A stretch of 34,875 bases of DNA from Bacteroidota bacterium (GCA_005883855.1 VBAU01000032.1:1751-36625), one strand, 5' to 3'. Shown: positions 11,391-20,693, numbered from the stretch's first letter. A program made the numbers and translations. The notes: generated by a model from the sequence alone, not told the origin.

Positions 11391-11415
11391 TAAAAAACCG
11401 TCGTGCGGACGGTTT
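11391..11415. terminator. Bidirectional terminator hairpin between the convergent comEA-like gene and rplS
   Basis: AAACCGTC (11395-11402) pairs with GACGGTTT (11408-11415) around a 5-nt loop. On the minus strand it is followed by UUUUUUA, which makes it strong for rplS. The U-tract is weaker on the plus strand. Confidence 0.6.
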
Positions 11416-11424
11416 GCCAATTCT

Positions 11425-11796
11425 CTAGTCATTTACCACACCTTCAACAGCCTGTCGTTTCTCTTTGATTCTTGCGCTCTTACCACTACGCCCGCGCTGA
11501 TAGAAAAGTTTGGAACGACGCACTCGTCCGGTTTTATTGAGAGTGATTGACTCAATGTTGGGAGAGTAAAAAGGAAATAATCTTTCGACGCCAACACCAT
11601 CGCTGATCTTGCGGACGGTAAACGTAGCGGTGGCGCCTGTTCCCTGGCGCTTAATAACATCACCTTTGAAAGATTGAATTCTTTCTTTGTTTCCTTCAAT
11701 GATTTTGTAGTTCACAGTAATATTATCGCCGGGCTTGAACTCGGGAAACTCTTTTTTGCCTGTCAACTGTTCGTGAACATATTCCAAAGCGCTCAT
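11425..11796 (-). CDS. rplS: 50S ribosomal protein L19
   Basis: 123 aa. FKPGDNITVNYKIIEGNKERIQSFKGDVIKRQGTGATATFTVRKISDGVGVERLFPFYSPNIESI is a canonical L19 sequence. Confidence 0.95.
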   Translation of the reverse strand: MSALEYVHEQLTGKKEFPEFKPGDNITVNYKIIEGNKERIQSFKGDVIKRQGTGATATFTVRKISDGVGVERLFPFYSPNIESITLNKTGRVRRSKLFYQRGRSGKSARIKEKRQAVEGVVND

Positions 11797-11898
11797 GGTT
11801 GAAAATTTAAACGGGTCGCAAAGATAACAGAATTGGACGGAATTAGGAATCCGTAAAATGAATTTTTTGCGACTCGGTCCTCCTCCAGCTTAAAATTA

Positions 11899-13464
11899 TT
11901 ACCGGGCTACGTTTACAGCCCTCTTTTCCCTTATCACCGTTACTTTTATCTGGCCCGGAAAGGTCATCTCGTTTTGAATTTTTTGGGCTATCTCAAACGA
12001 CAACCGATCCGAATCCGAATCGGTTACTTTTTCAGCTTCTACAATCACACGTAGTTCGCGCCCTGCTTGTATAGCGTATGCTTTTTCCACGCCCTGGTAG
12101 GCAAGAGCCAGGTTTTCCAGGTCCTTAATGCGCTGAAGATATTGTTGCATGATCTCCCTTCGGGCTCCTGGCCTGGCACCGCTGATAGCGTCGCAAGCCT
12201 GAACGATGGGAGAAATAACGTATTGCATTTCCATTTCGTCGTGATGAGCACCGATGGCATTTACCACAGCCGGATTTTCGCCATATTTTTCCGCGAGTTT
12301 AGCGCCCAGCAAAGCGTGACTCAATTCAGTCTCCTCATCCGGAACCTTTCCAATATCATGAAGCAACCCGGCCCGTTTGGCCAACTTCGGGTTTAACCCC
12401 AACTCCGCGGCCATTACACCACAAAGATTCGCCACCTCGCGACTGTGCATTAAAAGATTTTGTCCGTAAGAAGAACGAAATCTCATCTTACCCACAACTC
12501 GAACCAGGTCTTTATGCAAACCGTGAATACCTAATTCGATTACTGTTCTTTCACCTATCTCCGCTATTTGGTCCTCAAGTTGCTTACGCGTTTTCTCCAC
12601 GATCTCTTCGATTCTGGCTGGGTGAATTCGGCCATCAGCAACTAGGCGCTGCAAGCTCAAGCGGGCAATTTCGCGTCGCAGCGGATCATAAGAAGACAGG
12701 ATAATTGCTTCGGGCGTGTCGTCTACTATTAAATCAACCCCGGTAGCTGCTTCAATGGCCCGGATATTTCTTCCTTCTCGGCCAATGATTTGACCTTTTA
12801 TTTCGTCACTTTCAAGATTAAATACTGTGATCGCGTTTTCGATTGCTTGCTCCGCTGCAATCCGCTGAATGGTTTGAATGATGATCTTCCTGGCCTCCTT
12901 ATTGGCTTTTTGCTTTGCTTCGTCAATGATTTCCTGCTGTATGCCGAGGGCGGCCGTTTGAGCCTCGTGTTTCAAACTTTCGACTAATTGAACTTTTGCT
13001 TCTTCGGCGGTGAGACCAGCGATCTTTTCCAGCCGACGAATGTGCTCTTCCTGGTGTTTTTCAAGTTCCGTGCGTTTGATGTTCACTAACTCGATCTGCC
13101 TGTTAAGGTTCTCTTTGATCGCTTCATTCTCCTTTATTTGCCGGTCGATGTTGTTTTCTTTTTGGTTGATGCTTTGCTCCTTCTGACGTATCCTGTTTTC
13201 GCCCTCAATCATCTTCCTGTTCCTTTCCAAAGCTTCTTTGTCATGTTCACCTTTCATTTGAACAAACTTCTCTTTCGCCTCCAGTTCTTTTTCCTTCCGA
13301 ATAGTTTCAGCTCTGATTTCCGCTTCTTTTATTATGACTTGTGCCTGGGCTTCGGCTTCTGCGATTTGATTGCGCGTGTTTTTTGCAAAGATGAATTTAC
13401 CCGCTATGATGCCAACGACTAGGGCAGATACACCAATTATAATGTATATGATATTTGGGTCCAT
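11899..13464 (-). CDS. rny: Ribonuclease Y
   Basis: 521 aa with an N-terminal TM helix and a long Glu/Lys coiled coil. It has a KH region ([26 protein letters not shown]) and an HD domain (LLHDIGK...GAHH). Confidence 0.93.
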   Translation of the reverse strand: MDPNIIYIIIGVSALVVGIIAGKFIFAKNTRNQIAEAEAQAQVIIKEAEIRAETIRKEKELEAKEKFVQMKGEHDKEALERNRKMIEGENRIRQKEQSINQKENNIDRQIKENEAIKENLNRQIELVNIKRTELEKHQEEHIRRLEKIAGLTAEEAKVQLVESLKHEAQTAALGIQQEIIDEAKQKANKEARKIIIQTIQRIAAEQAIENAITVFNLESDEIKGQIIGREGRNIRAIEAATGVDLIVDDTPEAIILSSYDPLRREIARLSLQRLVADGRIHPARIEEIVEKTRKQLEDQIAEIGERTVIELGIHGLHKDLVRVVGKMRFRSSYGQNLLMHSREVANLCGVMAAELGLNPKLAKRAGLLHDIGKVPDEETELSHALLGAKLAEKYGENPAVVNAIGAHHDEMEMQYVISPIVQACDAISGARPGARREIMQQYLQRIKDLENLALAYQGVEKAYAIQAGRELRVIVEAEKVTDSDSDRLSFEIAQKIQNEMTFPGQIKVTVIREKRAVNVAR

Positions 13465-13640
13465 GAATCTGTGATTTAATTTGTTCCAAAATGGTAGTTT
13501 TTAAATTTCCTTTCATCATCAAGCAGCCATCCAACCTGGTTGGGGCAATACCTATCCAGCGAAGATACAAAACGGAGTCGATTGAATACAGTAGAAGTAG
13601 GATGGCCGAACCGACTTATAGTTCAGATCCATAAATCCGA

Positions 13641-13937
13641 TCATTTGAGGTTGCCGTCGAGCATTCGTTCTAATGTCTCCAGCCGGCTGGCAATATTGTC
13701 CTTGTCGACCTGCTGCACTACCGCGGCATTTTGTTCTGTGGCGAACCACATCAAGACCATTGCGACGTAATCCTGCATATCCTTGCCGGCAAATTCGGTC
13801 TTGAATTCAATGACCTTTTCATTTATGATCTTGATTATTTTTCGCAGAACCTCCTCATCCTTTGGCTGAATACGGATACGATAACTGCGGTCTGCAATTA
13901 TCACTGTCACGGGAATTAATTCGCTCATAGCTTGCAT
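13641..13937 (-). CDS. zapA: Cell division protein ZapA
   Basis: 98 aa. IPVTVIIADRSYRIRIQPKDEEVLRKIIKIINEKVIEFK... matches the ZapA pattern, and the gene sits in the expected cell-division/pheT neighbourhood. ATG 13928 is an alternative start. Confidence 0.8.
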   Translation of the reverse strand: MQAMSELIPVTVIIADRSYRIRIQPKDEEVLRKIIKIINEKVIEFKTEFAGKDMQDYVAMVLMWFATEQNAAVVQQVDKDNIASRLETLERMLDGNLK

Positions 13938-14048
13938 TTTACAAATTCATTATCTAATTTCAACCTCCCTTATCCCAACAACGCTGTTAAACTTTGAAAA
14001 CCGATAATCCACATATCCCTAAAAACTATCCACTCCAAAACAACAGCG

Positions 14049-14306
14049 ATGTTTGCCAAAGTTAAGTCAACAGTCTTTATAGACTCCCTGAAACTCGAAT
14101 TGACAACTCCAACGGTCGACACTTCTTTAAGAGCAATTTTGCGAGACGATAAAGGTTGCGTATGCAGCACTCTCGAAACGAAAATGCCGGTCAGAAATAA
14201 CGAAGTAATATGGAAAGGCCTGAACAACCTGCCGTACGGTGTCTACACATTAGAGCTTACACAAGGAGACGATGAACTAAAAATGAAGTTGGTAAAAAGA
14301 ATTTAA
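14049..14306 (+). CDS. Hypothetical 85-aa protein resembling a stand-alone T9SS-type C-terminal sorting domain (no signal peptide)
   Basis: The C-terminus LPYGVYTLELTQGDDELKMKLVKRI and the mid-region LRDDKGCVC fit the xxDxxGRxV ... LxxGxYxxxxxxxxxxxxKxxK pattern of Por_Secre_tail domains. Composition is protein-like, whereas the overlapping minus ORF 13970..14227 looks like a shadow frame. The caveat is that it lies antisense to the surrounding minus-strand cluster. Confidence 0.4.
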   Translation: MFAKVKSTVFIDSLKLELTTPTVDTSLRAILRDDKGCVCSTLETKMPVRNNEVIWKGLNNLPYGVYTLELTQGDDELKMKLVKRI

Positions 14307-14594
14307 TTATTCACTCAATAAGGCGATGCATTTGTCAATTTCCTTTATGTAGCGATTAATTCTCTTTTCAAATTCTTCCTTGTCATTCTCATCCCAATTG
14401 CCGGAACTTATTTTCAACACTTCGACCTGTTGTTTCAAGGTCTCAATTGTTTGTTGATTTACGGCCGCCTGCCTTGATGCTCTTTCTATTTCTTTCTTCA
14501 GGAGATTATTTTCCTTCTGCAGATCATTGTACTGCTTCAATAATCGCTCAAGTTTTTCCTGAATCCTCTTGATATGAACGTCCAGGTCTGACAT
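14307..14594 (-). CDS. Small coiled-coil protein (ZapB-like in architecture; function unknown)
   Basis: 95 aa and heptad-rich (IKRIQEKLERLLKQYNDLQKENNLLKKEIERASRQAAVNQQTIETLKQQVEVLK). It lies 45 nt downstream of pheT and upstream of zapA on the same strand. Confidence 0.6.
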   Translation of the reverse strand: MSDLDVHIKRIQEKLERLLKQYNDLQKENNLLKKEIERASRQAAVNQQTIETLKQQVEVLKISSGNWDENDKEEFEKRINRYIKEIDKCIALLSE

Positions 14595-14639
14595 AGTGAA
14601 TTCAATGAATTTTGATTTTGAATATTCAACACGTGGATT

Positions 14640-17035
14640 TCATTTCCGTATTTCAGCACCAAGCTCTCTTTCAAGAGCAGCCATAATCTTATTCATCATC
14701 CCATCGGTTTCTGTATCCGTAAGAGTTTTCTCTTTGTCTAAGAAAGTGAAGTTGATGGCCATTGATTTTTTACCCTCACCCAATTTCTCACTCTCAAAAA
14801 CATCGAACAGTTTAATGCCGCTCAGATCATCCAATTTCAATTTTTTCACGACACTCTCTGCCTGTTCATATTTCACTTCTCTCGAAACTATAATGGCCAA
14901 ATCCCTAAACACCACGGGAAACTTTGGAACGTCCTCTATTTTAATTTGTGTGTGCTCGGCTTGCACGCGTAAGGCGTTCCAATTAATATCAGCAAAAAAA
15001 ACAGGCTGTTTAATATCAAACCGACCACGTAAAGAATTATTGACTTCTCCTAACTGGACCATAATCGATCCATTGATCCTGACTTGTAAAGCATTCAACA
15101 ATTTTTTGTGAGTGAGCAGTTCAAAACCATCAGGCTGAACTCCCAGTAGTTTCAGCGAAGAAACTGTGACACCCTTTAAATAGAAAAAATCCGCTTTGGT
15201 ATTTTTATCTCTCCAGCCAGTTTCAATGACACTGCCAGTGATGTAAATACATAAATGTTCCGTTTCATAATACTTGCCGCTGCCTTGCTTGTTATAGGTC
15301 CTTCCAAAATCAAAAAACTTCAGATCGTTATTTTTTCGGTTTAAATTATAGGCCACTGCTTCTAGTCCGGTTTCGAGCATGGATGGACGCATTGTATTTA
15401 GGCCAGCACTCAGGCTATTCAGCATTTTGACTGACTCCTGCAATTCCATTTCTTCAAAATAAGCCTCATTAGTAATTGAATTCGTAACAATCTCGTTAAA
15501 ACCGAGGCCTACCAAATAATTTGCGCACTTTTCCCGCAATGTTTCGGCGGCATAATTTTCCTCCACCGAAGGAGTCATCGTAATGAAGCTCGGTATTTCT
15601 ATATTATCCAAACCATCAATACGGATAATTTCTTCAACTACATCGGCAGGCAGTAAGATATCAGGCTTGTGCAAAGGTGCCGCCACGACCAACTCATCCA
15701 TTCCTTCCTTGATGATGTCAAATCCAAGCACACCTAAAATTTCCTTTACAGTATCAGGGTGGTAATTTTTTCCGGAAAGTTTTTTCAAGTAATGGTATCT
15801 CAACGCCACTTGCACTTTTTCTTTTGGATTGGGATACACATCCACAATGTCTGAGGCAATCTCACCTCCGCAGATTTCCTTGATCATCATCGAAGCTCGC
15901 TTAAGCACATTTGCCGTATTGCCAATATCAGTTCCTTTTTCAAATCGAGTAGCCGCATCCGTACGCAACCCGTGACGAAAAGAAGTTCTGCGGATATCGA
16001 CGGGATTAAACCATGCACTCTCAAGGAAAATGTTCCTGGTTTTGTCCGTTACGCCGCTATGCAGGCCACCAAACACCCCAGCGATACAAATACCTTCTTT
16101 TGCATCGCAAATCATCAGGTCTTCAGAACTCAATTTTCTTTTCTTCTCATCAAGGGTAACAAATTCAGTCCCTTCAGTCAAATTTTTTACAATTATTTGG
16201 CGATCCCTCAGCTCATCAGCGTCAAAAGCATGAAGTGGCTGGCCAGTTTCGTATTGGATGTAATTTGTCACATCAACAATGTTATTGATCGGCCTAACTC
16301 CAATTGCTTTTAATCTTTGCTGCATCCATAAAGGAGATTCAGCGATCGATATATTGGCGATGCTTACTCCGGAGTAACGCCGACAAGCGTCCGTGTTTTC
16401 GATTGTCACCCGAACAGGTAAAGAGTTATTGTCCACGCGAAACGCGTTGCTATTGGGAAGACGAGATACGCACACACATCCCTTGAAATGCCCCAGTGAC
16501 TCATCGCGTCCATTCGGTTCGGCGTTACTCCAATCTCATAAACCCAGTCTTCATACAATTGAAAATATTCGGCAGCTGGAGTTCCCGGTTTGGCTTCTTT
16601 GTCCAGAACTAGGATCCCTTGATGTGACGTACCAAGACCGATTTCATCTTCCGCGCAGATCATTCCCTGGCTTTCCTCGCCGCGAATGTTGGCGACTTTC
16701 ATAGTCAACGGTTCACCTTTAGTTGGAAAAATTGTGGTGCCTGGTTTCGCTACAATTACTTTTTGCCCCACGGCAACATTGGGAGCTCCACAAACGATCC
16801 GCAAAGGCACCGACCCATTCACGTCAACTGTCGTTAATGTCAGCTTATCCGCGTTTGGATGTTTCTCACAAGTTAGCACTTCGCCGAGCACGAGACCTTC
16901 AAGTCCGCCCTTAACTTCCTCGTATTTGTAGAAATCCTCCACTTCTAATCCGATTGAAGTGAGAATGCGGCTCAATCTTTCCGGTTCGGGAATTGCAGGA
17001 ATATATTCACTCAACCATTTGTATGAAATCTTCAT
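14640..17035 (-). pseudogene. pheT: Phenylalanine--tRNA ligase beta subunit, interrupted by a frameshift near 16455-16470 (ORFs 16406..17035 and 14640..16475)
   Basis: The N-terminal ORF carries the tRNA-binding domain (VLTCEKHPNADKLTLTTVDVNG...IVCGAPNVAVGQKV...IRGEESQGMICAEDEIG...TPNRMDAMSHWGISRDVCAYL). The second ORF continues with B3/4 (DACRRYSGVSI...PLWMQQRLKAIGVRPINNIVDVTNYIQYETGQPLHAFDAD), B5 and the FDX-ACB C-terminus. The two frames overlap by 70 nt. Confidence 0.9.
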
Positions 17036-17135
17036 GTCCGTTTGCTTGTTTGCTCAGTATATTCGAAGGTTGACAAAGATAATTGAAAGACAGGATTGAT
17101 CTATCTACTATTGCATTTTGTAATCGTAGCTTACA

Positions 17136-17684
17136 ATGTTGTCCGTTTGGAATATGGGACCGATCATTATTTATATTATGGGTGTTTCCGGATCTGGAAA
17201 GACGACAATTGGAGTTAAGCTGTCAAGCAAAACAGGAATTCCTTTTTTTGATGGAGATGATTTTCATCCTCCCAGGACCATAGAAAAAATGAGAGCAGGT
17301 CAACCATTAAACGACAGCGATAGGGCAGAATGGTTAGCAAGGATCAATGAAATTGCAAAAGAACAGGGGACAAATAAAGGTGCCATCATCGCGTGCTCTG
17401 CGCTCAAAGAAAAATATAGAAAGGTGTTGACGGCTGGACTAAGGGTGCCCGTCTTTTGGGTGATTCTTCGCGGCGGTTTCGACCTGATTGAAAAACGCAT
17501 GAAGTTGCGAAGAGATCATTTTATGCCTGCAGCATTATTGGCTTCGCAATTCGAAGCGCTGGAGATACCCACTGAAGCTATAACAGTCGACATCTTAGAT
17601 GAACCTGATAAAATCGTTGAAGTGATAATTTCCCGGCTGGGCTTTCCTTCTCGAGTGTCAGGAGAGGGCCGGCGAAATAGATGA
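17136..17684 (+). CDS. gntK: Gluconokinase (GntK/IdnK family P-loop kinase)
   Basis: It has the IMGVSGSGKTTIG P-loop, FFDGDDFHP, GQPLNDSDRAEWL and ACSALK motifs typical of gluconate kinases. ATG 17154 (MGPIIIYIMGVSGSGK) is probably the true start. Confidence 0.75.
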   Translation: MLSVWNMGPIIIYIMGVSGSGKTTIGVKLSSKTGIPFFDGDDFHPPRTIEKMRAGQPLNDSDRAEWLARINEIAKEQGTNKGAIIACSALKEKYRKVLTAGLRVPVFWVILRGGFDLIEKRMKLRRDHFMPAALLASQFEALEIPTEAITVDILDEPDKIVEVIISRLGFPSRVSGEGRRNR

Positions 17685-17752
17685 CATTAGCCTCTCAGCG
17701 TTACAAAAAATCTATCTTTATGTACTGCCGTCACGGTGTACAATAATCTTTC

Positions 17753-18724
17753 ATGAATCCCTCTTTTATCGGCAAAGAAGAAATTGCTGCATTGCTTCCT
17801 ATGCAAGAATGCATTGACGTAATGGAGTCGACTTTCCGGGCGTTGGCAAATGGTGAATGTTTGCAGCCTTTGCGATCCATCATGTGCCTCCCTGACAAGA
17901 CCGGGTTATTAGGAATGATGCCAGGATATGCCGAAGGCCCAGGTGTAATGGGAATTAAATTGATTACTGTGTTTCATGCGAACAAAAATTCCGGGTATCC
18001 TTCACACCAGGGAGTCGTAGTTCTGTTTGATGCAAAGCACGGTCAGCCGCTAATGCTGTTCGATGCCACTGAGATAACAGCTATTCGGACGGCTGCGGTC
18101 AGCGCATTGGCCACTCGGGTACTGTCAAGGGAAAATTCTGAACGGCTTGCCATTATTGGCGCGGGCGAACAGGCGCAGAGGCATATCGAGTCAATATTGC
18201 TTGTGAGAGAAATAAAAGAGATTTGGATTTGGAACAGAAATGAAGCCAATGCGGAAGCGCTCCGCAAAAAAATAAGCGCACAACGCGACATCCCCGTCCA
18301 GGTAACAAAAACGGCGCAGCAAGCGGTCGAAAATGCCGACATTATTTGTACGGTCACTTCTTCACCAGAAGCACTTGTGATGGGTGACTGGATCTCCAGG
18401 GGTTCCCACATCAATGCTGTTGGCTCGAGCACGCCTTTTTCACGAGAGTTGGACACGGCCGCCATTGTACGAGCGACACTGTTTACCGACCGGTACGAGT
18501 CGATTTTTAATGAGGCTGGAGACTTTCTCATTCCTAAGAAGGAAGGCGCCATCACAGATGATCACGTGAAAGCTGAGTTGGGCGAAGTGCTTACCACATC
18601 TAAAAAAGGAAGAGAGAGCAACGAGCAAATCACTATTTTTAAATCGCTGGGAATTGCGGTTGAAGATATTTTTTCGGCCTGGCATATTTATCAAAAAATA
18701 AATGGCATTAAACCGAATAAATGA
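17753..18724 (+). CDS. Ornithine cyclodeaminase / mu-crystallin family NAD(P)-dependent enzyme
   Basis: 323 aa with TAIRTAAVSALATRVL, the Rossmann motif LAIIGAGEQA and INAVGS. These are typical OCD/ketimine-reductase family features. Confidence 0.85.
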   Translation: MNPSFIGKEEIAALLPMQECIDVMESTFRALANGECLQPLRSIMCLPDKTGLLGMMPGYAEGPGVMGIKLITVFHANKNSGYPSHQGVVVLFDAKHGQPLMLFDATEITAIRTAAVSALATRVLSRENSERLAIIGAGEQAQRHIESILLVREIKEIWIWNRNEANAEALRKKISAQRDIPVQVTKTAQQAVENADIICTVTSSPEALVMGDWISRGSHINAVGSSTPFSRELDTAAIVRATLFTDRYESIFNEAGDFLIPKKEGAITDDHVKAELGEVLTTSKKGRESNEQITIFKSLGIAVEDIFSAWHIYQKINGIKPNK

Positions 18725-19692
18725 TCACCGAACAAAAACACATTTCAGTATCTCTTGAAGATATTCGAAACGCACAGAAACGAATTAGTGGCAAGGTAAT
18801 ACGCACTCCCCTGCTCCGTTTTTATTATGATGAGTTTCCAGGAGAAATTTATTTGAAGCCTGAAAATCTTCAACCAATCGGTTCATTCAAATTAAGAGGA
18901 GCAGGCAACGCAATGGAGGCGGCCGATGGTTCCCTTTTGAAGGAAGGAGTATACACTGCCAGCGCCGGCAACATGGCGCAGGGTGTAGCTTGGAATGCAA
19001 GAATGCTGAATATCCCATGTACTGTGATTGTTCCTGATCATGCGCCCCAAACAAAGTTGGATGCCATCACCAGACTTGGTGCAAAATTCATTAAGATCCC
19101 ATTTGACGAGTGGTGGCAAGTGATTATGACGAGGGAGTTCCCCGGCATCAATGGATTGTTCATTCATCCCGTCGCTGATTCAAATGTGATCGCTGGCAAC
19201 GGAACAATTGGTTTGGAAATAGTAGAGGATCTTCCCGAATTGGACGCGGTAATTGTACCCTATGGCGGCGGGGGCCTGATAAGTGGCATTGCATCTGCAA
19301 TAAAATCGGTACAACCGCATGTAAAAATTTATGCGTCTGAAGTGGAGACAGCGGCGCCCCTTGCTCCATCATTGGAAGCAGGCATGCCCGTTAAAGTGGA
19401 ATACACTCCCAGCTTTGTCGATGGGATGGGGAGCAGTAACATACTTCCGGAAATGTGGCCACTCGTGAGCAGGCTCGTTGACAAATCGATCGTCTTGAGT
19501 TTGGAAAAAATTGCCGAAGCAATCAAATTATTAATGGAAAGAAACCGCATCATTGCGGAAGGCGCCGGTGGCTCTTCACTTGCAGCGGCGCTGACTGGAA
19601 AAGCTGGCACAGGAAAAATTGTTTGTGTAATCTCAGGAGGAAATATTGATGCTGAAAAACTAATAAAGATCCTATCCGGAACAATTTGTTAA
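18721..19692 (+). CDS. PLP-dependent threonine/serine dehydratase-family enzyme (fold type II)
   Basis: 323 aa. It has the SFKLRGA PLP-lysine motif, the GGGGLISG phosphate-binding loop and a C-terminal SGGN. Its ATG overlaps the TGA of the upstream OCD gene (ATGA at 18721-18724). Confidence 0.85.
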   Translation: MITEQKHISVSLEDIRNAQKRISGKVIRTPLLRFYYDEFPGEIYLKPENLQPIGSFKLRGAGNAMEAADGSLLKEGVYTASAGNMAQGVAWNARMLNIPCTVIVPDHAPQTKLDAITRLGAKFIKIPFDEWWQVIMTREFPGINGLFIHPVADSNVIAGNGTIGLEIVEDLPELDAVIVPYGGGGLISGIASAIKSVQPHVKIYASEVETAAPLAPSLEAGMPVKVEYTPSFVDGMGSSNILPEMWPLVSRLVDKSIVLSLEKIAEAIKLLMERNRIIAEGAGGSSLAAALTGKAGTGKIVCVISGGNIDAEKLIKILSGTIC

Positions 19693-19703
19693 GCCCATAA
19701 AAC

Positions 19704-20693
19704 ATGAGACTTTACAAGATAGTTTTTTGCCTTTGCCTGCTGATGGGCTCTACTTCTTTAATCGCTCAAAAAAATAAACCTGTTGTAATCATTTTTGATA
19801 GCGACATGGGTCCTGATTACGATGATGTAGGCGCCATCACTCTGTTGCATGCCTTTGCAGACAGCGGGTATGTGAAAATCCTGGCTACGGTAGCCAGTAC
19901 CAAATATGAAGGAGTAGCAGCAGTGTTCAATGTATTCAACACTTATTTTCGGAGGCCCGATTTGCCCATCGGTGTACCCAAAGACAAAGCACTCGAACTA
20001 AAAGATTGGCAGCATTGGAGTGATACTTTGATATCGAGATACCCGCACAAGATAAAAACGAACGATCAAGTGCCGGACGCAACTGAAGTCTACAGAAAAA
20101 TACTTTCGGCGCAACCAAACAAAAGAGTAACCATTGTAACTACAGGCTTCCTTACGAATCTATACAACCTGATGAATTCGGAGCCCGACAAGTACTCGAA
20201 GTTGAGCGGCAAGGAATTAATCAGGCAAAAAGTAAAACAGTTAGTGTGCATGGCTGGCAGATTTCCATCGGGCAGCGAATTCAATGTGAATCGCGATGCG
20301 CCGGCGTCCCAACTAGTTTTCAACAATTGGCCTACACCTGTGTTGTTGAGCGGATTTGAAATCGGAATGAAAATAAAAACAGGGTTACCTCTTGTTAAAA
20401 ATGAGTCAATCAAAAACAGCCCGGTAAAAGATGTGTTCCGAATTTGCATCCCGATGAGCGCGGAAGATAGCGCGGGACGTATGAGTTGGGATGAAACAGC
20501 CGTGCTAGTTGCAGCGAAGGGATATAAGCCCTGGTATAAAATAGAAAAGGGTAAAATGGTCGTAGCCAACGATGGCAGTAACTCCTGGGTGAACAATCCC
20601 GCTATACACAGCCGTCTTGTGGAAGAAGAATCTCCTAAGGTTGTGCAGGGCATTATCAACACGACCATGATGCACCAGCCAACAAAAAAATAA
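19704..20693 (+). CDS. Secreted inosine-uridine-preferring nucleoside hydrolase-like protein
   Basis: 329 aa with a signal peptide (MRLYKIVFCLCLLMGSTSLIAQ). IIFDSDMGPDYDDVGAITLL matches the N-terminal DxDxxxDD aspartate cluster of IUNH-fold proteins. Confidence 0.65.
   Translation: MRLYKIVFCLCLLMGSTSLIAQKNKPVVIIFDSDMGPDYDDVGAITLLHAFADSGYVKILATVASTKYEGVAAVFNVFNTYFRRPDLPIGVPKDKALELKDWQHWSDTLISRYPHKIKTNDQVPDATEVYRKILSAQPNKRVTIVTTGFLTNLYNLMNSEPDKYSKLSGKELIRQKVKQLVCMAGRFPSGSEFNVNRDAPASQLVFNNWPTPVLLSGFEIGMKIKTGLPLVKNESIKNSPVKDVFRICIPMSAEDSAGRMSWDETAVLVAAKGYKPWYKIEKGKMVVANDGSNSWVNNPAIHSRLVEEESPKVVQGIINTTMMHQPTKK

Noticed and set aside
11797-11898. Possible terminator or L19-type leader between rny and rplS
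   Set aside because: The only structure is a 5-bp stem (ACGGA/TCCGT) with no U-tract. The known L19 leader motif is a Firmicutes element that I cannot match here. rny and rplS may simply be co-transcribed.
13970-14227. Minus-strand 85-aa ORF in the zapA upstream gap
   Set aside because: It competes with plus-strand ORF 14049..14306, and its hydrophobic, motif-less sequence looks like a shadow frame. The plus-strand frame has a recognisable domain-like pattern, so only that one is reported, and with low confidence.
14596-16313. Plus-strand ORFs inside pheT (14596..15111, 15583..15765, 15972..16313, 16030..16233)
   Set aside because: They are antisense to a clearly recognisable pheT reading frame, Ser-rich and without motifs.
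14640-17035. The idea that pheT is naturally encoded as two separate polypeptides
   Set aside because: The break falls in the linker right after the N-terminal tRNA-binding/B1 region. The downstream piece has only a GTG in the overlap and no ribosome-binding context. The upstream piece ends in 18 residues of out-of-frame sequence. This pattern is that of a frameshift, not a gene split.
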